A stretch of DNA of 64,000 nt from Patescibacteria group bacterium. GTDB lineage: Bacteria > Patescibacteriota > Patescibacteriia > 2-02-FULL-49-11. The stretch covers positions 53,971-117,970 of the forward strand of contig JBAZQN010000001.1 of NCBI GenBank assembly GCA_041645165.1, read 5' to 3'. The notes beneath the pieces were generated by a model. That model saw only the letters and a list, made by a program, of their open reading frames with translations. It was not told the DNA's origin and searched no databases. The translations under genes and the position numbers were made by a program. Positions 18,809-27,152 of this stretch are shown here, in pieces; position 1 is the stretch's first letter; every line of letters begins with the position of its first letter.

Positions 18809-19046
18809 AAAATTCTAAACTCTCGCTACGTCCCGCTACGCGGGATCTAGCGTAGCTACGACGAGCTCTTATCTGGCGTAGCCAGATAAATTCGAAACCC
18901 TAAACAAGCACCAAATCTCCCGCCTCATCGGGATCCCGCCTACCTTAGTAATTCTCATTCAAGGAGCGGGACAAAATTCAAAACGTGTTTCGGTGATTTT
19001 GTCATTTGGATTTGTTTAGGATTTAGAGTTTCGGATTTAGGATTTT
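18809..19046. repeat. right inverted repeat (18809-18890) contiguous with repeat family A copy 2 (18890-19046)
   Basis: Same composite architecture as 5350-5517. TIR ccctaaac.../...tttaggatt and tcccgcctcatcggga hairpins. Confidence 0.7.
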
Positions 19047-19057
19047 TCAATGTTGGT

Positions 19058-19879
19058 ATGGATCTACCTTCAGTCGTGCAAGGGGTTCATCAGGAATACA
19101 AGAGCGACGATTCGGTAGGCAGGATTGTCGTGCGCCACTATGGCCCGTTTGCGCTTATCGCGGTGGTGTTTAGCGCAATGCTCGGAATATGGCGCTGGGT
19201 GGATTCATGGTGGTTGTTTCTGCTCATTGAACTGTTTGTGATCCTCGCGATCTATCGCATTTCGTACAAAAAAGGAGAGGGAAACTCATTTCGATGGCAT
19301 GCGGCAACTCCTCTCATTTTTGTCATCGCGGGAAGCGGGTTGCTTATCATGGTGACGGGGGGCGTGTTTCGCAGCGTGATTGCAGTCTTAGTAGCATTCA
19401 GTATCGGTGCGCATCTGCGAGGATACGTGAAGTATCAGGAAGCGCCAAACGCAATGAGGGCGCTCTATTGCGAGAATGTGGGATGGTTTATGGCATCCTT
19501 CGGCGTATTCGCATTATGCGTAACCCTGAGCGGTGGTTTGACATTTGTCCGTTTCCCTCTGATAGGCGTATTGGGTTTGGTGTTTTTAGGTACTTTCCTT
19601 TTCACCCGCCACGCGTTGGAGTATTCAGCCATATCATCCCGGAATCGCAGTCACGGCAGATGGGCGCTTAGTCTTTGTATTACAGAAAGCATGGGAGTGT
19701 TTCTCTTACTGCCCTCCACGCCCTTGGTGCTCGCAGGACTTGTCCTCCCTCTCTACGCGGTATTGCTTGAGCTCGTGCGGAAGCCCGCGTCCTTCATGAA
19801 ACGCAGTTCACAGGTTTTAGGGGCATCCGTGGTGGCAGGCGTATGGATATTATTATTATCGACGGCACGCTGGCCGTAA
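19058..19879 (+). CDS. hypothetical polytopic membrane protein
   Basis: Six to seven hydrophobic helices and no motif. Confidence 0.45.
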   Translation: MDLPSVVQGVHQEYKSDDSVGRIVVRHYGPFALIAVVFSAMLGIWRWVDSWWLFLLIELFVILAIYRISYKKGEGNSFRWHAATPLIFVIAGSGLLIMVTGGVFRSVIAVLVAFSIGAHLRGYVKYQEAPNAMRALYCENVGWFMASFGVFALCVTLSGGLTFVRFPLIGVLGLVFLGTFLFTRHALEYSAISSRNRSHGRWALSLCITESMGVFLLLPSTPLVLAGLVLPLYAVLLELVRKPASFMKRSSQVLGASVVAGVWILLLSTARWP

Positions 19880-19942
19880 AATCGAAATATTATTAAGTAA
19901 AGAAATGTTACTATTAATTATTATTCATGAGAATCTAAACCT

Positions 19943-21232
19943 ATGACCGCCAAACCTAAACCACCGACTGCGACCCAAGAGGTATCGAATGATCCGCGCG
20001 TCAATGTGCGCGATGATGCGCTTGCGGCGGTGTACGCGAAACCACATCATTTTGAACTTCCTCACGAGCATCACGGTTTGAGACTCATCGCCAATGCGAT
20101 AGTCGCTGTAGTGTTCGGCATGATTGCGGGGGTCGTGGGCCTCCTGTTGTTTATCTCGGGAGCGTTTTCCCGTGTGCCGTATTTGGGGTCGATTGATGTG
20201 GCGGCGTTAGTGCCGAGCGCGCCGGTGACCATTGAACGCACGGAGAAGGTGTCGGTTACTGCAGATGAGCGCGCAAGCGCGGTTTTGAAACGGATCCAGC
20301 CGAGCGTCGTAGGTCTCTATGCGACAAAAAATTTAAGCAAGGACCTCGCAGGTCTTATCAATTCAGCGGGTGCGCCTCTTGCGACTGGTATCGCGCTCAC
20401 GAGCGACGGATGGGTGCTCGCTGCGGGAGATTTGAGCGATGAATCAGCAGGGCCTTTAACTATTATTACCATCGACGGAAAAATTTATGAGGTAGAGCGC
20501 CGCATGCAGGATAAGGCGACCGGATTGTGGTTTGTGAAGGTAAGCACCTCGCTGTTTGTGGCTGTACCGTTTACGCGCAGCGAGTCGTCGCTCGAGGCAG
20601 GATCATCTGTGCTTCTCCCTTCATTTCAAATCGGGACGCAGGGGGCAGCCTTTGCGGGTACGGTCGCGGGATTGAGCGTGCTCACGGTGCGTGACAGCGA
20701 TCGGTTGGAATCCCGCCTCACGCTTGCGGTATCACTAAAAGGAAACGCGCTTGGTGTGCCGTTGGTTTCTTTAGCCGGAGAAGTCGGAGGACTTGTGAGT
20801 GCGCAAGAGGAGGGTATTGTACACGCAGTGCCCGTCGCATCCCTTCAGCCGATTATTGACCGGATATTGAAGGAAGGCGATGCGCGTCGTCCGCAGGTTG
20901 GCATGCATTATATAGAGCTTTCAAGCGTTGCGGATGTGGCATTTCCACTTACCCACGGGAGGAGATTCGGCGCGCTTTTAGTGAAGAATGGCGATGTGCC
21001 GGCAATAACACTGAAATCAAATGCAGAAACCGCGGGGTTGAAAGAAGGCGATATCGTGATAAAAGTTGACGGGGACGAGGTGACTGATGAGACGGATCTT
21101 GCCACCCTTATCCAAGCCTATCCCAACGATAAAGCCCTTAAGCTCTCCATCCTGCGGGCGGGAGAAGAGAAATTGGTTGACCTTTCCCTTGCGCCACCTC
21201 CTACACCAACACAAGCGGAAAAGAAACGTTAA
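19943..21232 (+). CDS. membrane-anchored HtrA/DegP-like protein with C-terminal PDZ domain, catalytic triad apparently substituted (pseudo-protease)
   Basis: Trypsin-like fold: DGWVLAAGD aligns to DGYVVTNNHVV (His to Asp), LKGNALGVPL aligns to GNSGGAL (Ser to Ala), and the Asp position reads GLWFVKV. PDZ domain: GALLVKNG...GLKEGDIVIKVDGDEV. N-terminal TM anchor. Confidence 0.55.
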   Translation: MTAKPKPPTATQEVSNDPRVNVRDDALAAVYAKPHHFELPHEHHGLRLIANAIVAVVFGMIAGVVGLLLFISGAFSRVPYLGSIDVAALVPSAPVTIERTEKVSVTADERASAVLKRIQPSVVGLYATKNLSKDLAGLINSAGAPLATGIALTSDGWVLAAGDLSDESAGPLTIITIDGKIYEVERRMQDKATGLWFVKVSTSLFVAVPFTRSESSLEAGSSVLLPSFQIGTQGAAFAGTVAGLSVLTVRDSDRLESRLTLAVSLKGNALGVPLVSLAGEVGGLVSAQEEGIVHAVPVASLQPIIDRILKEGDARRPQVGMHYIELSSVADVAFPLTHGRRFGALLVKNGDVPAITLKSNAETAGLKEGDIVIKVDGDEVTDETDLATLIQAYPNDKALKLSILRAGEEKLVDLSLAPPPTPTQAEKKR

Positions 21233-21256
21233 GAGAAGCCGAGAACGCCTTTTTGT

Positions 21257-22126
21257 ATGTCGTGGAAAGGGATCGTTATAATATTAATGATCGTGCAGGT
21301 GTTGGTGGAGGTGCTTTTTAAACGCGCTACGGACCGCCTGCCGCAACAGAAATCGCTGGGAGTTGCCTACCAGTTCTTTTTTTGTTCTCTGTGGGCTCTC
21401 GCTTTGAGCGCCATCATAGGAGAGGGTATCGGCAATGCGCGCAATATTTCGGCGGCGGCGGGAGTCGGGGTCTTGAATGCGTACGGCAATTACAGCAATT
21501 GGCGCGCGTATGCGTATAGCCTCAGCAAGACTGCGCTATTTTTCCCTTTGAGCAGTCTCATTGCGATTGTCCTTGCCGTGGTGATTTTGGGAGAACGCGT
21601 GCTCGTGGAGCCGACGGTGTTTTTCGGCGTTCTTTTGAGCTTTTTTGCCATGTGGTTGTTCCAGGTACCGCAGAAGGAAGGACAGTTTCCCCATCGGCGC
21701 GCGTGGCTTTTTGCCACTGTTGCGACGGTGGTTATTTTCGGCGTAACCAATTATCTCCTGAAGCCCCTTGCGCTGGGGGGCGTTTCCCTCCATGAATTTG
21801 TGGTGGGATGGTATGGGGGTTCGTTCATAGGATCCCTGACCATTTTGCCTTTTGAGCGCGTGCGAACCTTGCGGCTGTCGCGTCGGTCGCTCGTCGCGAT
21901 TATCATCCTTTCTTTGGGATTCGTGGCCGCCCTCAGTCTCCTCTATGTCACCTATCAATACGGCGGCACGTTAACGCAAATTATACCTCTCAAAGGGATT
22001 GCGCTCACGATTTTGCCCGCGATAATCGGCTGGTTGTATTTCGGGGAGAAACAGGGGATGGGGAAAAGAGAGTGGTGGGCATTTAGCCTGGGCATTGCCG
22101 GCGCGGCGCTCATTCTTTTAAGATAA
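21257..22126 (+). CDS. DMT/EamA-family membrane transporter
   Basis: Ten hydrophobic segments. EamA-like block SSLIAIVLAVVILGERVLVEPTVFFGVLLSFFAMWLF. Confidence 0.5.
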   Translation: MSWKGIVIILMIVQVLVEVLFKRATDRLPQQKSLGVAYQFFFCSLWALALSAIIGEGIGNARNISAAAGVGVLNAYGNYSNWRAYAYSLSKTALFFPLSSLIAIVLAVVILGERVLVEPTVFFGVLLSFFAMWLFQVPQKEGQFPHRRAWLFATVATVVIFGVTNYLLKPLALGGVSLHEFVVGWYGGSFIGSLTILPFERVRTLRLSRRSLVAIIILSLGFVAALSLLYVTYQYGGTLTQIIPLKGIALTILPAIIGWLYFGEKQGMGKREWWAFSLGIAGAALILLR

Positions 22127-22203
22127 AAAGTCTATTTGTCACACTGGAATTTGTAGAAATAAAAAACTAGAAGGTAATATAGCTCTGAATTATGGTAAGA
22201 TTT

Positions 22204-22240
22204 CACCCCATTATTTTACGATCGTATAATAGTGGGGTAT
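22204..22240. promoter_or_regulatory. 32-bp near-perfect palindrome ccccattattttacgatcgtataatagtgggg (copy P1), candidate operator
   Basis: Dyad symmetry centred on acgatcgt. Further copies at 22897-22932 and 43971-44004. P1 and P2 bracket the PaaX-like regulator gene. Confidence 0.45.
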
Positions 22241-22301
22241 AATATTCATACATAGTGAAGGGGCGGCAGAAGGGTTAATAGAGAATTTAAAATTAACATT
22301 C

Positions 22302-22847
22302 ATGTTTTTGCACACAAAAACGCCATTCACTGAGAAATTATTAACAAAATTAGTTGATTTAGAGCCAATGTTTACCATGAGTCCCTCGGCTGCCGCAGAA
22401 CTCTTTGGCTTTAATCCACAGCGGGCGGCATGGCGAGCGGCACGTTTTCGACGCGAGAGTGAGCAGCGTGAGCGTAAACGCATAGCGAAAGCGTTTGAAA
22501 ATTTATGTCAGGCAGATTACCTCACAGCGGTTAAGGGGAAGAAAGGTACGTACCGGATTACTCCCAAAGGATGGTTGAAATTTGCCATATCATATGCGCG
22601 GCACTTTAAGGCGTCTGCCACATCGGGGAAACAGGGAGGATTTCTCATTGTATTCGATATTCCCGAACGGCATCGTCAATTTCGCGATGTCTTTAGACGT
22701 GTGCTCTATTCGCTTGGTTTTTCTCAATTTCAACGAAGTGTTTTTTACACATCTGATCGAAAGGTATTCGAGTTTGCCGCGCGCATCATTGTGAATTGTG
22801 AATTGGAAGATTGTGCGAAATTGGTGTTTGCGGATAAAATCGTGTAA
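22302..22847 (+). CDS. PaaX-like small transcriptional regulator (winged-helix N-terminus plus Cas2-like-fold C-terminal domain)
   Basis: N-terminal HTH AFENLCQADYLTAVKGKKGTYRITPKGW. C-terminal GFLIVFDIPERHRQFRDVFRRVLYSLGFSQFQRSVFYTS resembles the PaaX C-terminal domain. No cas genes nearby. Confidence 0.5.
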   Translation: MFLHTKTPFTEKLLTKLVDLEPMFTMSPSAAAELFGFNPQRAAWRAARFRRESEQRERKRIAKAFENLCQADYLTAVKGKKGTYRITPKGWLKFAISYARHFKASATSGKQGGFLIVFDIPERHRQFRDVFRRVLYSLGFSQFQRSVFYTSDRKVFEFAARIIVNCELEDCAKLVFADKIV

Positions 22848-22896
22848 TATAGAAAGAGCACAGAGCGAATTGGTTGTTAAAGTTTCATTAGGTTGT

Positions 22897-22932
22897 TACC
22901 CCATTATTTCACGATCGTGCAATACTGGGGTG
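22897..22932. promoter_or_regulatory. palindrome copy P2 (ccccattatttcacgatcgtgcaatactgggg)
   Basis: Same dyad as P1, with substitutions that mostly keep the symmetry. Confidence 0.45.
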
Positions 22933-23050
22933 AAGAGTTGAGGGGAAGGGGGAGGAAAGGAAGGGAAAGGAGAAAAGAAGTGCAAAGGGTTGAGGTGGAG
23001 TGAAATTGGGAATTTGGGAGAAGAGAGCAAATTAGGAGTTTTCTCGTTGG
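22925..23050 (+). repeat. ~125-bp polypurine (GA-rich) tract
   Basis: The plus strand is almost only G and A (ggggtgaagagttgaggggaagggggaggaaaggaagggaaaggagaaaagaag...). Confidence 0.8.
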
Positions 23051-23158
23051 TTTGATGGGAGAACTTTTTGTTTTTAAAAGCGAAACATATTGAGAGTGCA
23101 GCACAATGATATAAAAAAATTTGCGCGCAGATCATCAGCCACAATCAGAACCTCAATC

Positions 23159-23228
23159 TGTAGCGTCGGAGCTTGTCTCCGACCAATCAGCTGCGATCCG
23201 TTGGTGGCAGACAGGCTGCCACGCTACA
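23159..23228 (-). repeat. REP-like family R copy (reverse orientation)
   Basis: gtagcgtcggagcttgtctccgacc...ggtggcagacaggctgccacgctac is the reverse complement of the R consensus. Confidence 0.7.
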
Positions 23229-23539
23229 GTGTATCACTATGTGGACGAACGCGGATTAACGCGGATATTATCATAGGGTCCACTGTCATTCCTAAGCGTT
23301 TGTTTAGGAATCAGGTGAAGCGCGCAACCGATAACGTGCGGCCTTCGGCCCAGTCCTTCAGGATTAAGTCTTCAGGATGACCCCGAGTGGGCAGTTACAC
23401 CCCGCGTCTATTGACAGAGAGAGAGAGTTCGTGGTAAGAAAGTGGTGACAAAAACTTTTTTTCTTTGTCAAAATTAAATAAGTCCCACGTATTTTTTATC
23501 GTGGGGATTTTTGGTTCATTTAAAATTTGGAGATAAATT

Positions 23540-23743
23540 ATGAATTCCCCAGACACCGGAACCAACGTGGAAATCACCTATCTACTCAAGTGCCCTAAGG
23601 GGCATGAAGGGAAGAAGGTGATCTATCCCCGCAACATCCTGAGCGACACGATCGCCCTGATCGCTGCTAGCCAGGTTCATTTGGCTCAGGGGCAGGTATG
23701 CAGCGTATGCGGGAAAATAATGTTGGTGACGGGGTGGAAGTAG
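23540..23743 (+). CDS. small zinc-ribbon-like protein (CxxxH...CxxC), hypothetical
   Basis: Good RBS (ggagataaattATG). A CPKGH...CSVCGK pattern in 67 aa. Confidence 0.45.
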   Translation: MNSPDTGTNVEITYLLKCPKGHEGKKVIYPRNILSDTIALIAASQVHLAQGQVCSVCGKIMLVTGWK

Positions 23744-23870
23744 CTCTCACCCGAAAGACTGAAAGGCGAGATTTATCTATTCGCCGAGTAAGTCTTTTTT
23801 TGTTTGTTTTGCGTTCTTTCAGCCTTTTGTGATATTATGTAAATGAGAATTATATTTTTACTTTTATTTT

Positions 23871-24788
23871 ATGAGTGAACTAAAATCTGAAATTACACCA
23901 GTTGACTCAAGATCTGCTACACCTGATTACGAAGGAGATTATCAGAAGATAAATAACGGTGAGGCGTCAGTGGAGAATTTTGATATTAGCCATCTATTTG
24001 AAATGGCCAATCAGCCATTTGCCACCAAAGATGGCTATGCGATAAAAAATAGGATTTTTTTTGAACTTATCCGTAATCACCCGCAGGTCTCCCCCGAAGA
24101 TCTTCTTATTGTTGATTGCCGCGATGGGGATTTACAAAGGCGAAACGCAAAAGATAAGACAGATATTGGAAAGGCCATTAATTTTTTGAAAGGAGTGAAT
24201 GGCAGAATCTCGAAAGATACACCGATTGATACCGTTGCGGCTATAAAACAAGCATTTACTCAAGCATATTACCACAATAAACAAATAAAAGAAGCGGCGG
24301 ATCTGCAGCAGGAATTTTGCAATGACCCGCGGTTTAAGGAGCTGCCCCCTTTCAGGCGGGCGATGATGCTGGAATCCCTCGCATCGTTTTATTTGGATTT
24401 AGATGACACGGATGGGGCGGCTTTAACAGTTCATGATATGCATGGCTGTTTAGTGGATAAAAATTTAAAGGAGAGCGAAGTGCCGCGGGTTGTAGGGGGA
24501 TTTAATCATATTTCTGGTGATCTTGAATATAAACGCGGGCGATATAGTTTAGCAGCAGAGTCGTATTATGCGGTGCACGCTACTTTTAGTCCAGATTCAC
24601 GGAACCAAATCGTCGGCGCGATGAAATTCATGCACTGTAAATGGCTGGAGAACAGAATCGATGATCCAAGGTTTGAGTCCGTGAGAAAGTTTTTCTTGGA
24701 TAATTATTCCAAGCTTGAGGAAACAGATAAGATAGGGCACGCGGCATCGTGGGAATTTGTTTCGCAAAAGTTTGACATCAAAGGCTGA
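23871..24788 (+). CDS. hypothetical protein (305 aa)
   Basis: Intact ORF followed by an intrinsic terminator. No motif recognised. Confidence 0.45.
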   Translation: MSELKSEITPVDSRSATPDYEGDYQKINNGEASVENFDISHLFEMANQPFATKDGYAIKNRIFFELIRNHPQVSPEDLLIVDCRDGDLQRRNAKDKTDIGKAINFLKGVNGRISKDTPIDTVAAIKQAFTQAYYHNKQIKEAADLQQEFCNDPRFKELPPFRRAMMLESLASFYLDLDDTDGAALTVHDMHGCLVDKNLKESEVPRVVGGFNHISGDLEYKRGRYSLAAESYYAVHATFSPDSRNQIVGAMKFMHCKWLENRIDDPRFESVRKFFLDNYSKLEETDKIGHAASWEFVSQKFDIKG

Positions 24789-24807
24789 CCAAGCGGGTGG
24801 CGCGGTG

Positions 24808-24853
24808 CAACAAGGGTGAAAATGTTGTGTTGCGTCACCCTTGTTGTTTTTTT
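24808..24853 (+). terminator. Rho-independent terminator
   Basis: A 12-bp stem (caacaagggtga/tcacccttgttg) followed by a T7 run. Confidence 0.7.
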
Positions 24854-24885
24854 GTGAGTGAAGGAACACACCCCTGAAACCCCTC

Positions 24886-25734
24886 TCAAGAGGGGATTTT
24901 TTGAGCGATGAGGACAAGGTGGGGAGAGAAGAGGGGATTGGGATGGTTGGGGCCGATGAGTTTGTTAATGATGCGGCCAAAGGTTTGAATTTTCCAGTTA
25001 ATCGCGCGTTCCCACCAATTGAGAGGCAGTGGTTGGTTGTCATAACTCCCCCCACCCCTCTTATCATAAGAGGGGGGTCTTGGTGGGCGTTCGGTCCAGA
25101 AACCGAAGGTGCGGTAGTAGTTGAGATATTGGATATCCAATTTTGATCGTGTGCCTGCATTCGCAGGAGATGCTTCGTTAAGCTCAGCATGACGAATCGC
25201 ATTTTTGATTCTTTTAAGATTCATAATTTTCGTATTGTGTTTTTTTAAATTTTCTTTGTCGATGAGCCAGTGGAAGAGGTATTGCAGGTGCGCGAAGTGC
25301 GGCATGCTCATTATCAATGTGCCGCCTGGCGCGACAAGGTCGGCGTGTTTTTGAATAACTTCGTTAAGATTTAAAAAATGTTCGACAAACCCAAAAGAGC
25401 AGACGATATCAAACTGTCTTTTGGGATTCCACGAAAACAAGTCTTCTTTATAGAGAGCAGGCTCGGGAAGATTATTAAACGCGAATAGCGCGCGGGTGGT
25501 TTCAATTTCATCGGAATAATCAATACCGTAAGCTTGGTAGTGGTATTTTTTTGCCAGGAAACACAAAAAGTCGCCGCCGGCACATCCTATTTCAAGGACT
25601 GATTTTTGGGGATCAGGGGCAAGATATTTTTCAAAAAGATCGGCAAAATAGACCTTCTCTACGGTGTGTGGTTTGAATTTGCCGTAATAAGAATCCCAGA
25701 ATTGCTTTGTCGTATATTCTTGCATATTTATCAT
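24886..25734 (-). CDS. class I SAM-dependent methyltransferase
   Basis: Motif I VLEIGCAGGDFLCFL, plus post-I and motif II blocks. The C-terminal ~60 aa are encoded by a CCCCTC..GAGGGG hairpin repeat region, so the true stop may be earlier. Confidence 0.75.
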   Translation of the reverse strand: MINMQEYTTKQFWDSYYGKFKPHTVEKVYFADLFEKYLAPDPQKSVLEIGCAGGDFLCFLAKKYHYQAYGIDYSDEIETTRALFAFNNLPEPALYKEDLFSWNPKRQFDIVCSFGFVEHFLNLNEVIQKHADLVAPGGTLIMSMPHFAHLQYLFHWLIDKENLKKHNTKIMNLKRIKNAIRHAELNEASPANAGTRSKLDIQYLNYYRTFGFWTERPPRPPSYDKRGGGSYDNQPLPLNWWERAINWKIQTFGRIINKLIGPNHPNPLFSPHLVLIAQKIPS

Positions 25735-25817
25735 GGTGTCTCCTCTTAAGATAAGAGGAGCGTTAGAGGAGTTATGACGTGCGGAATCGTAACTCCCCCC
25801 TGTGTCCCCCTCTTACC

Positions 25818-27152
25818 CTAAGAGGGGGAACTGAGTATTTGATAGTATAGTGTAATATAATTATTAACCATTTGATCGAGAGAGAACTTTTCTACTGCAC
25901 GCTTGCGGCAGGCGGCGGCAATGGCAGCGTATTGGTCGCGTGGAAGATTGATGAGCCATTCAAAGCCATTGGTTAAATCCGAAAGGTCCTTATAAGCCGC
26001 GATGTAGCCATGTTCTTTATGCACGACGAGTTCGGGGATTCCTCCGGTATGGAACGCAAGCGCTGGCAGGCCCGAAGATAACGCTTCAAGCACCGTAAGA
26101 GGGCAATTGTCAGCAAGTGAAGGATAAAGGAGCAAGTCACTTAATGCATAATAATCGGCGATCGTGTGCGAATCAGATGAAAAGGGGACATAGGTTATAT
26201 TTAAATTCTGGGGCACCGTTCGATCGTACCCTCCCATGCAGACGAAAAGTATGTCATTCCTTTGGGCATACGCGTGAATAAGCTGCTCTGCATACTCCCA
26301 TCCTTTCCATACGTTTTTAGCGCCCCCCTTGCTTGAGAAAAGGATAATCTTTTTGTCTTGCGGAAGGTTGTATTTTTTTCTAAGTTCGCCCTTATTCCCC
26401 GGTTTATACAGGCGAGTGTCAACGCCGTTATAAATGACATGGAGCGGTTTATCTTTTAACATGCTTTTTTCTACTTGTGATTTTAACCATAGAGAAGGTA
26501 CGACCACATTGAAGTGCGCGTGGTCGTAGATTTGTTTTTTGAGCTTCCACAAATGCCGGCTGTTGTTACGTCGAAGAGGGGGCAGAGAATCGGAATGGGC
26601 GCAATCGCACCCCCCAGAGATCCAATGTGTGCATTCAAATGCATGCGCTCCTTGGCCTAAAATGGGCCACATATCGTGGAGGGTCCAGACCAATGGTTTG
26701 TTTGAACGGCTACATTGTTGAATGGCTACACTGTTAGGTTGATTGTATGGTGCAATGAGGGGAAGAGTTTTTAAATTAAACCAGAGAGAATGTAGGTTGT
26801 GTGCGTGGACAATGTCTGCGTGCGTATATTCTGGATACGTGAGGATGCGTTTCCCGGGAAGAAAAGCGATGTCGTTGGAGAGCCAAAAGCTAAGATGGTG
26901 ATGGAAGCGGGCTCGGAAATTGCGTTTGATAATTTTTGAAATACGATTATTGAAGGGCGTATCCCAAATTTCACGCACCGAGGGGGCGTGCGAGCGCTTG
27001 TATCCCACGATCATGTTGACCGCGTGCCCTCGGGCTTCCAAGCTTTGTTTTAATTCCCAAGAAACAGCAGCGGCACCGCCTTTCGTGTCGGTAGTGCCGA
27101 GCTCGAGGATGCGCAGTTTTTTTTCGTTAAAATTCGATGTCATCGAAATCAA
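25818..27152 (-). CDS. glycosyltransferase family 4 (GT-B, group 1)
   Basis: C-terminal EX7E-type region LEALSSGLPALAFHTGGIPELVVHKEHGYIA. Confidence 0.8.
   Translation of the reverse strand: MISMTSNFNEKKLRILELGTTDTKGGAAAVSWELKQSLEARGHAVNMIVGYKRSHAPSVREIWDTPFNNRISKIIKRNFRARFHHHLSFWLSNDIAFLPGKRILTYPEYTHADIVHAHNLHSLWFNLKTLPLIAPYNQPNSVAIQQCSRSNKPLVWTLHDMWPILGQGAHAFECTHWISGGCDCAHSDSLPPLRRNNSRHLWKLKKQIYDHAHFNVVVPSLWLKSQVEKSMLKDKPLHVIYNGVDTRLYKPGNKGELRKKYNLPQDKKIILFSSKGGAKNVWKGWEYAEQLIHAYAQRNDILFVCMGGYDRTVPQNLNITYVPFSSDSHTIADYYALSDLLLYPSLADNCPLTVLEALSSGLPALAFHTGGIPELVVHKEHGYIAAYKDLSDLTNGFEWLINLPRDQYAAIAAACRKRAVEKFSLDQMVNNYITLYYQILSSPS

Larger units (their letters stand above)
17548..19046. mobile_element. 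candidate non-autonomous element/cassette bounded by ~85-bp inverted repeats, carrying two orphan ORFs and a family-R repeat, fused at the right end to a family-A repeat
   Basis: 17548-17636 is the reverse complement (~90% identity) of 18809-18890; both contain gctacgctagatcccgcgtagcgggacgtagc. No transposase is present. Confidence 0.4.

Noticed and set aside
22204-22240. 32-bp palindrome as a Rho-independent terminator
   Set aside because: No U-tract on either strand after the hairpin, and the stem centre is AT-rich. Operator or repeat is more plausible.
22302-22847. Possible Cas2 (VFDIPER...FQRSVF pattern)
   Set aside because: There is no cas1, no other cas genes and no CRISPR array in the window. 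The N-terminal winged helix plus C-terminal Cas2-like fold is the PaaX-like regulator architecture.
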